Source: Herbaspirillum sp.
Lineage (GTDB): Bacteria > Pseudomonadota > Gammaproteobacteria > Burkholderiales > Burkholderiaceae_D
Reading direction: 5' to 3'
DNA length: 64,000 nt
Assembly: GCF_035644555.1 (NCBI RefSeq)
Contig: NZ_DASQOH010000049.1
Span: 39,839 to 103,838, forward strand
Below the pieces are notes generated by a model, which was not told the DNA's origin, did no database searches, and saw nothing but the letters and a program-made list of their open reading frames with translations. Position numbers and translations under genes: made by a program. Positions 28,449 to 36,489 of the stretch are shown here, one piece after another. Positions within the stretch are counted from its first letter, which is position 1. Each line of letters starts with the position of its first letter.

Positions 28449-28485
28449 ACCGCCGCGCCGTCCTCAACCCCGCCACCCTCATGCT

Positions 28486-30066
28486 TCAAGCGCGGGCGCG
28501 CGGCGGCGGACGGCGCAGCTCCAATTGCGCCAGGGTGTCGATATCGACCGGCTTGACCAGGTAGTCATCGACCCCGGCGTCGAAGGCTTCGCGCTTGTCT
28601 TCATCGCTGCTGAAACCGGAGCAGGCCAACAGATAGATGTCGCTGGTACGCGGATCGGCACGCAGGCTGCGCACCAGGTCGTGACCAGTCATGTCCTTGA
28701 GGCCGATGTCCAGCAACACCGCATCGGGCACCCATTCCTGGGCGCGGGCGATCGCCTTGCGGCCGCTGTAAACCGCGTCCACTTCATGCCCCAGCAATTC
28801 CATCAGTTCCTTCATGGTGTCGGCGATATCGACGTTGTCGTCCACCACCAGCACCCGCAGAGCGGCGCGCGGAACACTGGCGCCAGGCTCGGAGACGGCG
28901 CCGGCCGGGCCCTCCGCCGTCACCGCCCGGCTCTCTGTGGCCACCGGTAGCTCGCCCAGGTCGCGCTCCGGCGCGGCGCACGGCAGTTCGATACGGAACA
29001 GGCTGCCATGCCCGAGACCGGCGCTCTGCGCGGTCAGGCTCCCCCCATGCAGTTCGACCAGGCTGCGGGCCAGCGACAGACCGATGCCCAGGCCATCCTG
29101 GCGATCATGACCCAGGGCATTGGCCTGCGCGAACATGCCGAAGATATCGCCGAGGCGTTCGGCGGCGATGCCGATGCCCTCATCCCTGACCGTCAACACC
29201 ACCCGCTCGCCTTCGCCGCGCGCGGCCAGGTAGATGTGGCCGCCGTCCGGGCTGAACTTGGCGGCATTGTGCAGCAGGTTGATCAGGACCTGGGCCAGTC
29301 GGACTTCATCGCCCTCTACCGCCAGCGTGGCATCGGCCATGTCCAGGTGCAATTGCTGGTGCTTGCGCTCCATCAGCTGCTGGGTCGAATCCAGGGCATT
29401 GTCGATGACTTCGGCGACGCGGGTACGCCGCAACTGCAGGGCCAGCTTGTTGTGCGACAGGCGCGATACGTCCAGCAGATCGTCCACCAGCCGCACCATA
29501 TGGTCGAGGTGATTGGAGATGGTGGTGCGGGCCCGCATTTCCCACTCGGGTGCATGCGGGGCGCGCGTATTGAGGATGCCGATGGCATTGCGCATGGGGA
29601 CCAGCGGATTGCGCAGCTCGTGCGCCAGGATGGCCAGGAATTCATCCTTGCGCCGATCCATCTCGCGCAACTCGTTCTCCACCTTGGCCAGGCGCAGCAG
29701 CGCATGCACGTTGGCCACCAGCTCGGCCGGCTCGATCGGTTCGAACAGGTAGTTGTCGGCCCCGCCTTCGAGCGCACGGATCTTGTCGGCCACGCCGATG
29801 TAGGACGCCGAGGTCTGCAGCACCAGGCTGGATGCGGTCGCCGGATCGGCCTTGAGCCGGGCGCAGACTTCCATGCCATGGATGTCGGGCAGCTTCACAT
29901 CCAGCAGGATAAGCGCCGGCCGCAGCTCGCGCGCCAGGGCCAGCGCCTCGGTGCCGCTGGCGGCCTCCACCACGTGCAGCCCGGCCTTGGTCAGGATACG
30001 CGTGCGCGCATAGCGGGCGGCATCGGTGTCATCGACGTTGAGGATCAGTTGTTCTGGATGGCTCAT
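28486..30066 (-). CDS. Hybrid sensor histidine kinase (REC-HisKA-HATPase-REC)
   Basis: N-terminal receiver (LLDVKLPD), H-box LAHELRNPL, HATPase region (DEGIGI, GLGIGLSL) and a C-terminal receiver (VLLDIGLKD). Confidence 0.85.
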   Translation of the reverse strand: MSHPEQLILNVDDTDAARYARTRILTKAGLHVVEAASGTEALALARELRPALILLDVKLPDIHGMEVCARLKADPATASSLVLQTSASYIGVADKIRALEGGADNYLFEPIEPAELVANVHALLRLAKVENELREMDRRKDEFLAILAHELRNPLVPMRNAIGILNTRAPHAPEWEMRARTTISNHLDHMVRLVDDLLDVSRLSHNKLALQLRRTRVAEVIDNALDSTQQLMERKHQQLHLDMADATLAVEGDEVRLAQVLINLLHNAAKFSPDGGHIYLAARGEGERVVLTVRDEGIGIAAERLGDIFGMFAQANALGHDRQDGLGIGLSLARSLVELHGGSLTAQSAGLGHGSLFRIELPCAAPERDLGELPVATESRAVTAEGPAGAVSEPGASVPRAALRVLVVDDNVDIADTMKELMELLGHEVDAVYSGRKAIARAQEWVPDAVLLDIGLKDMTGHDLVRSLRADPRTSDIYLLACSGFSSDEDKREAFDAGVDDYLVKPVDIDTLAQLELRRPPPRARA

Positions 30067-30086
30067 GGCAGCATGGATACGGTTGT

Positions 30087-31889
30087 TCAGGCATTGACCT
30101 CGCGCATGGCGATTTCGTTTCGGGGCTGTGGCATGTCCACCAGCGAGCGCAGCGCCGCCAGCAGCTCATCACGTCCCATTGGCTTGAGGAAATAGGCATC
30201 CGCGCCCAGCCCCATGGCCTTGCTCTTGTCATCCACGTCGGAGGCGATGATGACCGGGACATCGCAGCGGGCGGGATCGTTCTTGATCTGCACCAGCCAG
30301 TGCCAGGCGTCCTTGCCATCCAGCAGGATATCCAATACCACGGCACAGGGTTCGCCGTTGCGCCACAGGGTTTCGGCCTCGCTCACGGAGGAAGCAGGTA
30401 CCACCCGGAACTCGGACTGATGCAGGTAGCGCTGGTACAGCAGGCGCAACTCGGGCCGGTCTTCCACCACCAGCACCGGCAGGCTGGCCAGCGCCGGTTC
30501 GGCCGGTTCGCGCGGGGCCAGCGACAGCCGCTCTGCCGCACCATCGGCCTGGTCATGGATGACCGGGATCACGGTACTGAAGGTGGAGCCTTCGCCCTGG
30601 CGGCTGCCCACCGTCACTTCACCGCCCAGCAGCGTGGCCAGCTGGCGGCACAACGGCAGACCCAGGCCGGTGCCCTTGACATGGCGTTGCAGATGGTTTT
30701 CCACCTGCGAGAATTCTTCGAAGATGATGCCGATGTGTTCGGGCGGAATGCCGATGCCGGTATCGGTCACCGAGAAACGCACCGCGCCGCCATGCGGCAG
30801 TGGCTCGGCCGTGACGGTGATACTGCCCTGCTCGGTGAACTTGATGGCGTTGGAAATGAAGTTGCGCAGAATCTGCGACAGCTTGCCTTCGTCGGTGAAC
30901 ATCTCGCAATCCTCGGGGGCGAAAAAGCTCAGGCGCAGCCGGTCCGACACCAGCAGGGGACGCAGCATACCGCGCAAGGCGCTGAAGAGCTCGGCCACCT
31001 GGAAGCGGCTGGGATGGATCTCGACCTTGCCGGCTTCGATCTTGGCCAGGTCCAGCAGGTCATTGACCAGTTCCGACAAGGCGCCGGCACTGTCGAGGAT
31101 GTAGCGCACCTGGCGTTCCTGCTCGGTGCTGAGTTCGCCATCGACCCGGTCCAGCAGCAATTTGGCCAGCGCCCGGATGGATGACAGCGGGGTGCGGAAT
31201 TCATGGCTCATGTTGGACAGGAAGCGTGACTTGGCCTCGTCGGCACGACGCAGGTGGTCGGCCTTTTCATCCAGCTCGGCATACAGCGCGACCACGCCGC
31301 GGTTGGTGTCTTCGAGTTCGCGGGTCAGTTGCAGCAATTCTTCCTGGCGGCCCTTGAGTTCGGCCAGGGTGGCCAGCAGCTCCTGGTTCTGCTGCTGGGT
31401 CTCGAACAGCGCCAGCCCGGCCGGCGCGGCCGCCAGCGCGGCACCGATCTCGCCGGCCACGCGCGGCGTGATCAGGCGCGCGGTGGGCGGCAGCAGCTTG
31501 CGCAGCAGCACGGTGGTGCCCTGCCCGCTGGCGGTCTGGATCTCGAAGGCATCCATGAGCTTGCGCGCGCCCAGCAGACCCAGCCCCATGCCGGTACTGG
31601 AACGATAGCGGCCGGACAGCACCAGTTCCACGTCGGCGATGCCCGGGCCCTGGTCGCGCACACCCATGAGCAGAGTCTGCGGAGCGGTCCTGCCTTCGAT
31701 GGAGAACTCCACCTGCCCGCGCCCGGCATAGCGGTAGGCATTGCGCGCCAACTCCGAAATGCTGGTAGCGATGCGCACCTGGTCCTGCGCATTGAAACCG
31801 CACAGGTCAGCGATCTGCCGGGCGCGCTGGCGCGCCCCGACCACGTCGACTTCATTGCCGATCGCCACAGTGAGCAAGCGCAGGCTCAT
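30087..31889 (-). CDS. Histidine kinase with an N-terminal RsbW/RsbT-like GHKL domain, coiled coil, HisKA-HATPase and a C-terminal REC
   Basis: N-terminal ELARNAYRYAG...DQGPGI...GMGLGLLGARKLMD (anti-sigma-kinase type). H-box MSHEFRTPL, then DTGIGI and GTGLGL. Receiver LVVEDRPE...VLDILL. Confidence 0.85.
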   Translation of the reverse strand: MSLRLLTVAIGNEVDVVGARQRARQIADLCGFNAQDQVRIATSISELARNAYRYAGRGQVEFSIEGRTAPQTLLMGVRDQGPGIADVELVLSGRYRSSTGMGLGLLGARKLMDAFEIQTASGQGTTVLLRKLLPPTARLITPRVAGEIGAALAAAPAGLALFETQQQNQELLATLAELKGRQEELLQLTRELEDTNRGVVALYAELDEKADHLRRADEAKSRFLSNMSHEFRTPLSSIRALAKLLLDRVDGELSTEQERQVRYILDSAGALSELVNDLLDLAKIEAGKVEIHPSRFQVAELFSALRGMLRPLLVSDRLRLSFFAPEDCEMFTDEGKLSQILRNFISNAIKFTEQGSITVTAEPLPHGGAVRFSVTDTGIGIPPEHIGIIFEEFSQVENHLQRHVKGTGLGLPLCRQLATLLGGEVTVGSRQGEGSTFSTVIPVIHDQADGAAERLSLAPREPAEPALASLPVLVVEDRPELRLLYQRYLHQSEFRVVPASSVSEAETLWRNGEPCAVVLDILLDGKDAWHWLVQIKNDPARCDVPVIIASDVDDKSKAMGLGADAYFLKPMGRDELLAALRSLVDMPQPRNEIAMREVNA

Positions 31890-32935
31890 CCAGCCTCTCC
31901 CCGGCGCAGCACCATGACGCTGACATCGTCACGGCCGCGATAGAAATCACGATAGAGCACGGCCGCAATCACGGCCGCGTGGGACTGTTCCAGCCCCGGA
32001 TAGGCGTCCAGCGACCAGCGGCTGGTGAGCCCGTCGGAATGGAGGATGAGCAACATCCCCTCCTGCCAGGGTGTCTCGAACTGCTGCACCTTGCGCAGGT
32101 TGTGACCGACGATGCCATTGACCGAGACCAGGTGGCGGCGCTGCCCCTCCAGGCTGGTGCAACAGGCGATATTGCCGACCCCGGCATAACATACCCGGCC
32201 GGCCTGCACGTCGACACCGGCGATGGCCACCGCCGCACCACGCGTCTTCTGCAAGGCGCCATGCATGCGCTGCGCCAGCTCGGCGGGCGGCAGGACGCGG
32301 CTGGCCGCGGTCATGTCGGTCATCACCTGCACGGCGGCATCGGCCGCCTCGGCGGCGGCATCGCCATGCCCCAGGCCGTCGGCCAGCACGAGCAGCAGCC
32401 CGTCATCGATGGTCGCGGCCCAGCCGGCGTCGCCGCACTGCCGTTCGCCCGGCAGCGGCAGGCATACCAGACCGCACTGCCAGTCCTGGCGCACGCCCGG
32501 GGTCTCCCACAGGACCGCGCGCAGCACCGTGCCGCGCCCGGGCCAGGAATAGAGGTCGAACTCATCGGACTGGCGCCGGATCGCGCCCAGCCCCACCCCA
32601 TAGGTGCCGGCGGTGGAATTGCCGTCGGCCATGGCGGCCTGGGCATCGTCCATGCCGGCACCATCGTCGATGGCCAGCATCTCGATGCCACGCACCGCCA
32701 CGGCCGCCGGTGTGCTTCCCATGACGGTACGCAGCAAGACTTCGCCATGCCCGGCATGCTTGAGAATATTGGTCGCCGCTTCCGTCACCACCAGCGCCAG
32801 TCGCGCCGCCGGTTCGGCCGCGAAGGCCAGCCGCCGCGTCAGATCGGCTGCCGCCCGGCGGGCTGCCGCGACATCCACGGTTTCATTGACGGCGATGCAT
32901 TCCTCGGTCCGCGAGGCCGTCAGAACAGTTTCCAT
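31886..32935 (-). CDS. RsbW-like GHKL domain fused to a SpoIIE/PP2C phosphatase
   Basis: N-terminal TEAATNILKHAG...DDGAGM...GVGLGAIRR. The C-terminal PP2C pattern is CGDAG...VLADGLGHGDAAA...LHSDGL. It overlaps both neighbours (16 nt and 4 nt). Confidence 0.85.
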   Translation of the reverse strand: METVLTASRTEECIAVNETVDVAAARRAAADLTRRLAFAAEPAARLALVVTEAATNILKHAGHGEVLLRTVMGSTPAAVAVRGIEMLAIDDGAGMDDAQAAMADGNSTAGTYGVGLGAIRRQSDEFDLYSWPGRGTVLRAVLWETPGVRQDWQCGLVCLPLPGERQCGDAGWAATIDDGLLLVLADGLGHGDAAAEAADAAVQVMTDMTAASRVLPPAELAQRMHGALQKTRGAAVAIAGVDVQAGRVCYAGVGNIACCTSLEGQRRHLVSVNGIVGHNLRKVQQFETPWQEGMLLILHSDGLTSRWSLDAYPGLEQSHAAVIAAVLYRDFYRGRDDVSVMVLRRGEAG

Positions 32936-33330
32936 TTGATGATGCTTACCTGGGTTCCCGCGCCCGGCGCGGTATCGATCTCGAATTCATCGGCCAGCCG
33001 TTTGGCACCGGAAAGTCCCAGCCCAAGGCCGCCGCCGGTGGTGTAGCCATCGGTGAGGGCCAGCGCCACGTCGGCAATGCCCGGCCCCTGGTCGGCGAAC
33101 ACCAGCCGCAGGCCACGCCTGCTGCCATTGTGCAGCTCGTCCACGCGGGCTACTCCACCACCACCGTAGCGCAGTGTATTGCGCGCCAGTTCGCTGGCCG
33201 CCGTCACCATCTTGGTCTGCTCCACCAGCGAAAAGCCCAGCCGTACCAGATGGTCGCGCACCAGCTTGCGCAGGCGCACCACATCTTCATCGCTCTGCAG
33301 GGACTGGGTCAGCAGTTGCTGTTCATCCAC
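32920..33330 (-). CDS. rsbT: Anti-sigma regulatory factor-type Ser/Thr kinase (RsbT-like)
   Basis: 136 aa with ASELARNTLRYGGGG...DQGPGI...GLGLGLSGAKRLADEF. Confidence 0.85.
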   Translation of the reverse strand: MDEQQLLTQSLQSDEDVVRLRKLVRDHLVRLGFSLVEQTKMVTAASELARNTLRYGGGGVARVDELHNGSRRGLRLVFADQGPGIADVALALTDGYTTGGGLGLGLSGAKRLADEFEIDTAPGAGTQVSIIKWKLF

Positions 33331-33363
33331 CGGGTACCTCGCACTTCATGCAGGGCGAGGTCA

Positions 33364-33720
33364 TCAGTCCATCTCCGACTCGAGCAACTTGACGCCGCGT
33401 TCCACGTTCAGGGCGGTGCGCACGCCTTCCAGCGTCAGGCCCAGTTCCACCAGAGTGATGGCCACGGCCGGCTGCATGCCCACCACCACGGTCCGGGCGT
33501 CCAGCACGCGCGCCATCGAGGCGGTATTGCTGATCATGCGGCCGATGAAGGAATCCACCACGTCCAGCGCGGAGATATCGATCAGCACACCGCGCGCACG
33601 GTCCCTGACGATACGCTCGGTCAGGTCGTCCTGCAGCGCCATGGCCAGGCGGTCGTGCATGTCGACCTGGATGGTCACCAGCAACAATCGCCCCATGCGC
33701 AGGATAGGGATGCGTTCCAT
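33364..33720 (-). CDS. rsbS: STAS-domain stressosome scaffold protein (RsbS-like)
   Basis: 118 aa, single STAS domain (IPILRMGRLLLVTIQVDMHD...IDISALDVVDS...ELGL). Confidence 0.9.
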   Translation of the reverse strand: MERIPILRMGRLLLVTIQVDMHDRLAMALQDDLTERIVRDRARGVLIDISALDVVDSFIGRMISNTASMARVLDARTVVVGMQPAVAITLVELGLTLEGVRTALNVERGVKLLESEMD

Positions 33721-33723
33721 GGA

Positions 33724-34590
33724 TTACTGCTCCGAATTCTGGACAGTGACCCGCGAACCGGTCTTCTTGAGCGCGATCATGAAGGCATCGGCCAGGGTGG
33801 CCTTGGTGGTCACATCTTCCAGGTTCACGCCCAGGTGCACGATGGTCTGGGCGATCTGCGGACGGATGCCGCTGATGATGCAGTCCGCGCCCATCAGACG
33901 GGCGGCGGCGATGGTCTTGAGCAGGTGCTGGGCCACCAGGGTATCGACAGTGGGCACGCCGGTGATGTCGATGATGGCGATCATGGCGCCGGTCTCGACG
34001 ATCTTCTGCAGCAGGCTTTCCATCACCACCTGGGTACGCGCGCTGTCGAGCGTGCCGATCAGCGGCAGCGCCAGCACGTTCTGCCACAGCTGCACCACCG
34101 GCGTGGACAGCTCCAGCAGTTCCTGCTGCTGACGCAGGATGACCTGCTCGCGCGCCTTCTGGTGCACTTCGATGGTGTACAGGCCCAGCTTGTCGAACAG
34201 CGAACTGGTGGCTGCGATCTCCCGTGCCAGGAGGGCCGGTTCACCGCCCAGGGCGCTACGCAGATGGTCGTAGATCGGCTCCTTGAGGGCGAACACGAAG
34301 CTGGCCGTATCCAGCGAGGAAAAGCCCTGCAGGGCGCGGGTGCGCGAGACTTCGCCCAGCAGGTGGCGCACGTCGGCCCAGTCGCCACCGTCGGTATCGC
34401 TGCCGGCGCCGCTGGACAGGGTACGCGCCAGCAGCGACAGGAACTGTTCGGCTTGGCGGCGGATCTCGAATTCACCGCTCTTTTCCTTGCGGCCCAGTTT
34501 CGAAGTCAGGGTCTGCAGCCATTGGTCGAGCAGGCGGTGCTGGTGGTCGTTGAGAATCAGGGTCAGTTGTGGCAGTTGCGCGGAAGTCAT
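33724..34590 (-). CDS. rsbR: RsbR-like stressosome sensor (N-terminal helical sensor domain plus C-terminal STAS)
   Basis: 288 aa. The C-terminal STAS is VVQLWQNVLALPLIGTLDSART...IDITGVPTVDT. The N-terminal ~140 aa are helical. Confidence 0.85.
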   Translation of the reverse strand: MTSAQLPQLTLILNDHQHRLLDQWLQTLTSKLGRKEKSGEFEIRRQAEQFLSLLARTLSSGAGSDTDGGDWADVRHLLGEVSRTRALQGFSSLDTASFVFALKEPIYDHLRSALGGEPALLAREIAATSSLFDKLGLYTIEVHQKAREQVILRQQQELLELSTPVVQLWQNVLALPLIGTLDSARTQVVMESLLQKIVETGAMIAIIDITGVPTVDTLVAQHLLKTIAAARLMGADCIISGIRPQIAQTIVHLGVNLEDVTTKATLADAFMIALKKTGSRVTVQNSEQ

Positions 34591-34853
34591 CTTCTTTTTC
34601 TATCCTTGACGGGCTGGCCATCCGCGCTGCCACCAGGACGAGGACAAGGGCGGTGCGCGATGGCGTGATGGAAAGGTGGCCGGCGTCAGCGGTCCCCCTG
34701 GACGCACGGTCCCGCCCATTCTAGGTGACCCGGCTTTGAAGCTATGCAAGACAACACCTACAAGCCTTGTAGGAATCCATTACCTTGTCCGCCGACGCGA
34801 CCGTTTTTCCTGCCGCCTGGCAATGGCGATGCTCCGGTTTCCTGGCCATCCCT

Positions 34854-34883
34854 TTGGCAGGCTCACGTGGTGCTGTTTATAAT
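34854..34883 (+). promoter_or_regulatory. Candidate sigma70 promoter TTGGCA-N18-TATAAT
   Basis: TTGGCA at 34854-34859 and a consensus TATAAT at 34878-34883, about 28 nt upstream of the small-gene start. Confidence 0.45.
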
Positions 34884-34910
34884 GCGGCCGAAACCATAGG
34901 AGGAAAACAG

Positions 34911-35219
34911 TTGGGCCAACGTGCAAACATGATCTCTTGTTACGAAGTGACGGGACATTCTTCGCCGTTCATGTTCAGGGTATGGTGCGCCACCCGCGCC
35001 GACACCTGGTTCGTCAGCGGTGTCGAAATCCGTCACCAGTCGCTGGGGCAGCTCTTCCCCAAGCGTTCCCTGCCGGGCCTTTACGACTCCAAGCCCCTGG
35101 CCCTGGCCCGCGGCATCCACTGGTGCGAATGCGTGGCCCATCAATTGCTGGAGGCCGAGGTACCGGAAGTCCCCTCCGGCCTCTTGCCTCCCGGACGGAT
35201 AGTGCGCGAGTTGCGCTGA
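34911..35219 (+). CDS. Small hypothetical protein (102 aa), no recognisable domain
   Basis: TTG at 34911 has a perfect AGGAGG (34898-34903) at 7-nt spacing and is in frame with ORF 34785..35219. An alternative ATG is at 34929. A hairpin follows the stop. Confidence 0.5.
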   Translation: MGQRANMISCYEVTGHSSPFMFRVWCATRADTWFVSGVEIRHQSLGQLFPKRSLPGLYDSKPLALARGIHWCECVAHQLLEAEVPEVPSGLLPPGRIVRELR

Positions 35220-35220
35220 T

Positions 35221-35247
35221 GCAGGGCGCCACTGCCGCGCCTGCTTT
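35221..35247 (+). terminator. Candidate terminator hairpin between the convergent small gene and jetD
   Basis: gcagggcgc / gcgcctgc stem (one bulge) with a 7-nt loop, followed by TTT. Confidence 0.35.
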
Positions 35248-35251
35248 CGCC

Positions 35252-36478
35252 TTACAACCAGGCTTCCTGCTCGGCCTTGCGTCCCTCGGTTTGCATCGCC
35301 TCGCACAGGGCGCGTAGCGAAGCCGGCAGCGAAGGGCGTGCCAGCAACACGCCCAGCAAGCGGCGATCATGTGCATTCAGCGGCCAGCGCTGGGTAGTGC
35401 TCTGCCATTGGGCGAGCCCCATCTGGTAGGGTTCCCAGGTCAGGCCGGCCTGCTCCCATCGACTACCGACCGTGCAGGCAATGTCGACACCGGCCGGGTC
35501 GGCATCGGCACTGATCCACGCCGGCGCAGGTGCCAGTTGCAGCAAGTGCGACACCGTCGCCAGCCAGGCCGGTGAGGGACGCCCGGGCATCCACAGCAGT
35601 GCCACGCCGGCTGGGCGCTGACGTGCCTGCAGTTCGAAGCTGGTACGGTTTTCGATCAGCCACCATTGCCGTGGCGCAGTGAGGGCATCGGCAACCAGCA
35701 GATCGTCCAGTGGCAGGCCGACGCAATGCAGCGGCGCCAGTTCCAGCCGACGTCCTTGCCAGGAGAAGACCAGATCGCCGGAGAGCCACCCCACCTGGGC
35801 AAAACTGGCGATGTTCAATCGTTCGAGATCGAATAACGCCTCCAGCCAGCGCCATTCACTTGCACTGAGCGACTTGGTCAGGTCACGCGCTTGGAGCGCA
35901 AAGTTGCGCCGCAATCCCTGCTGGCCACTGTCGTGCCAAGCCGCCAGCGCCCGCAGCAGGCCCAGGCGAGCTTCCAGCACGTCGGCGCGCAGGGACTTGT
36001 CCTCTTCCAGTGCCTTGAGGGCGAGCGTAAGTTCATCCAGCAGGTCGGGGTCCAGCAACGTCTGCTGGACATTGCCGCGTTCGAGCAGCCACTGCCGGGC
36101 CTGCTCCAGCATGGCTTGTCGCGCCTGCTTTCGTTGCTCGGCATGGATGATGCCCAACAAACCCTGCAGGCGGCGCAAGTCGCGCCAGGCAATAGTCTTC
36201 CACAGCCAGTTACCCCCCTTGAGCTCCTCGCGCCGGCTGATCCAGCCCTCTTGCAGCAGACGTTGACACAGGCGTTCGGCACGTTCGATGCCCAGCCCTA
36301 CCGACTGTGCCTCCTTGAGCATGGCGTCACGGCTGCGGGAGCCGGCCTCGCCTCGTGCCCAGCGTTCCAGCGCGGCACGCTCTTCCTTGTCCAGCAGCAG
36401 CAAGCTGTCTGGCACCGCATGCGCGGCGACCAGATCATGCTGGTTGCGGCCATGCGGCGTCTCTAGCAGCGCACTCAT
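35252..36478 (-). CDS. jetD: Wadjet/Mks nuclease subunit JetD (MksG-like, Toprim domain)
   Basis: 408 aa. C-terminal Toprim-like motifs WWLIENRTSFE (catalytic Glu) and WISADADPAGVDI (DxD). It is the last gene of a four-gene SMC-like cassette. Confidence 0.8.
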   Translation of the reverse strand: MSALLETPHGRNQHDLVAAHAVPDSLLLLDKEERAALERWARGEAGSRSRDAMLKEAQSVGLGIERAERLCQRLLQEGWISRREELKGGNWLWKTIAWRDLRRLQGLLGIIHAEQRKQARQAMLEQARQWLLERGNVQQTLLDPDLLDELTLALKALEEDKSLRADVLEARLGLLRALAAWHDSGQQGLRRNFALQARDLTKSLSASEWRWLEALFDLERLNIASFAQVGWLSGDLVFSWQGRRLELAPLHCVGLPLDDLLVADALTAPRQWWLIENRTSFELQARQRPAGVALLWMPGRPSPAWLATVSHLLQLAPAPAWISADADPAGVDIACTVGSRWEQAGLTWEPYQMGLAQWQSTTQRWPLNAHDRRLLGVLLARPSLPASLRALCEAMQTEGRKAEQEAWL

Positions 36479-36489
36479 GGTCCGGTGCT

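Noticed and set aside
34785-34910. Longer version of the small orphan gene (track start 34785, a TTG)
   Set aside because: The promoter-like TTGGCA-N18-TATAAT and the AGGAGG RBS lie inside this extension, which favours the 34911 start.
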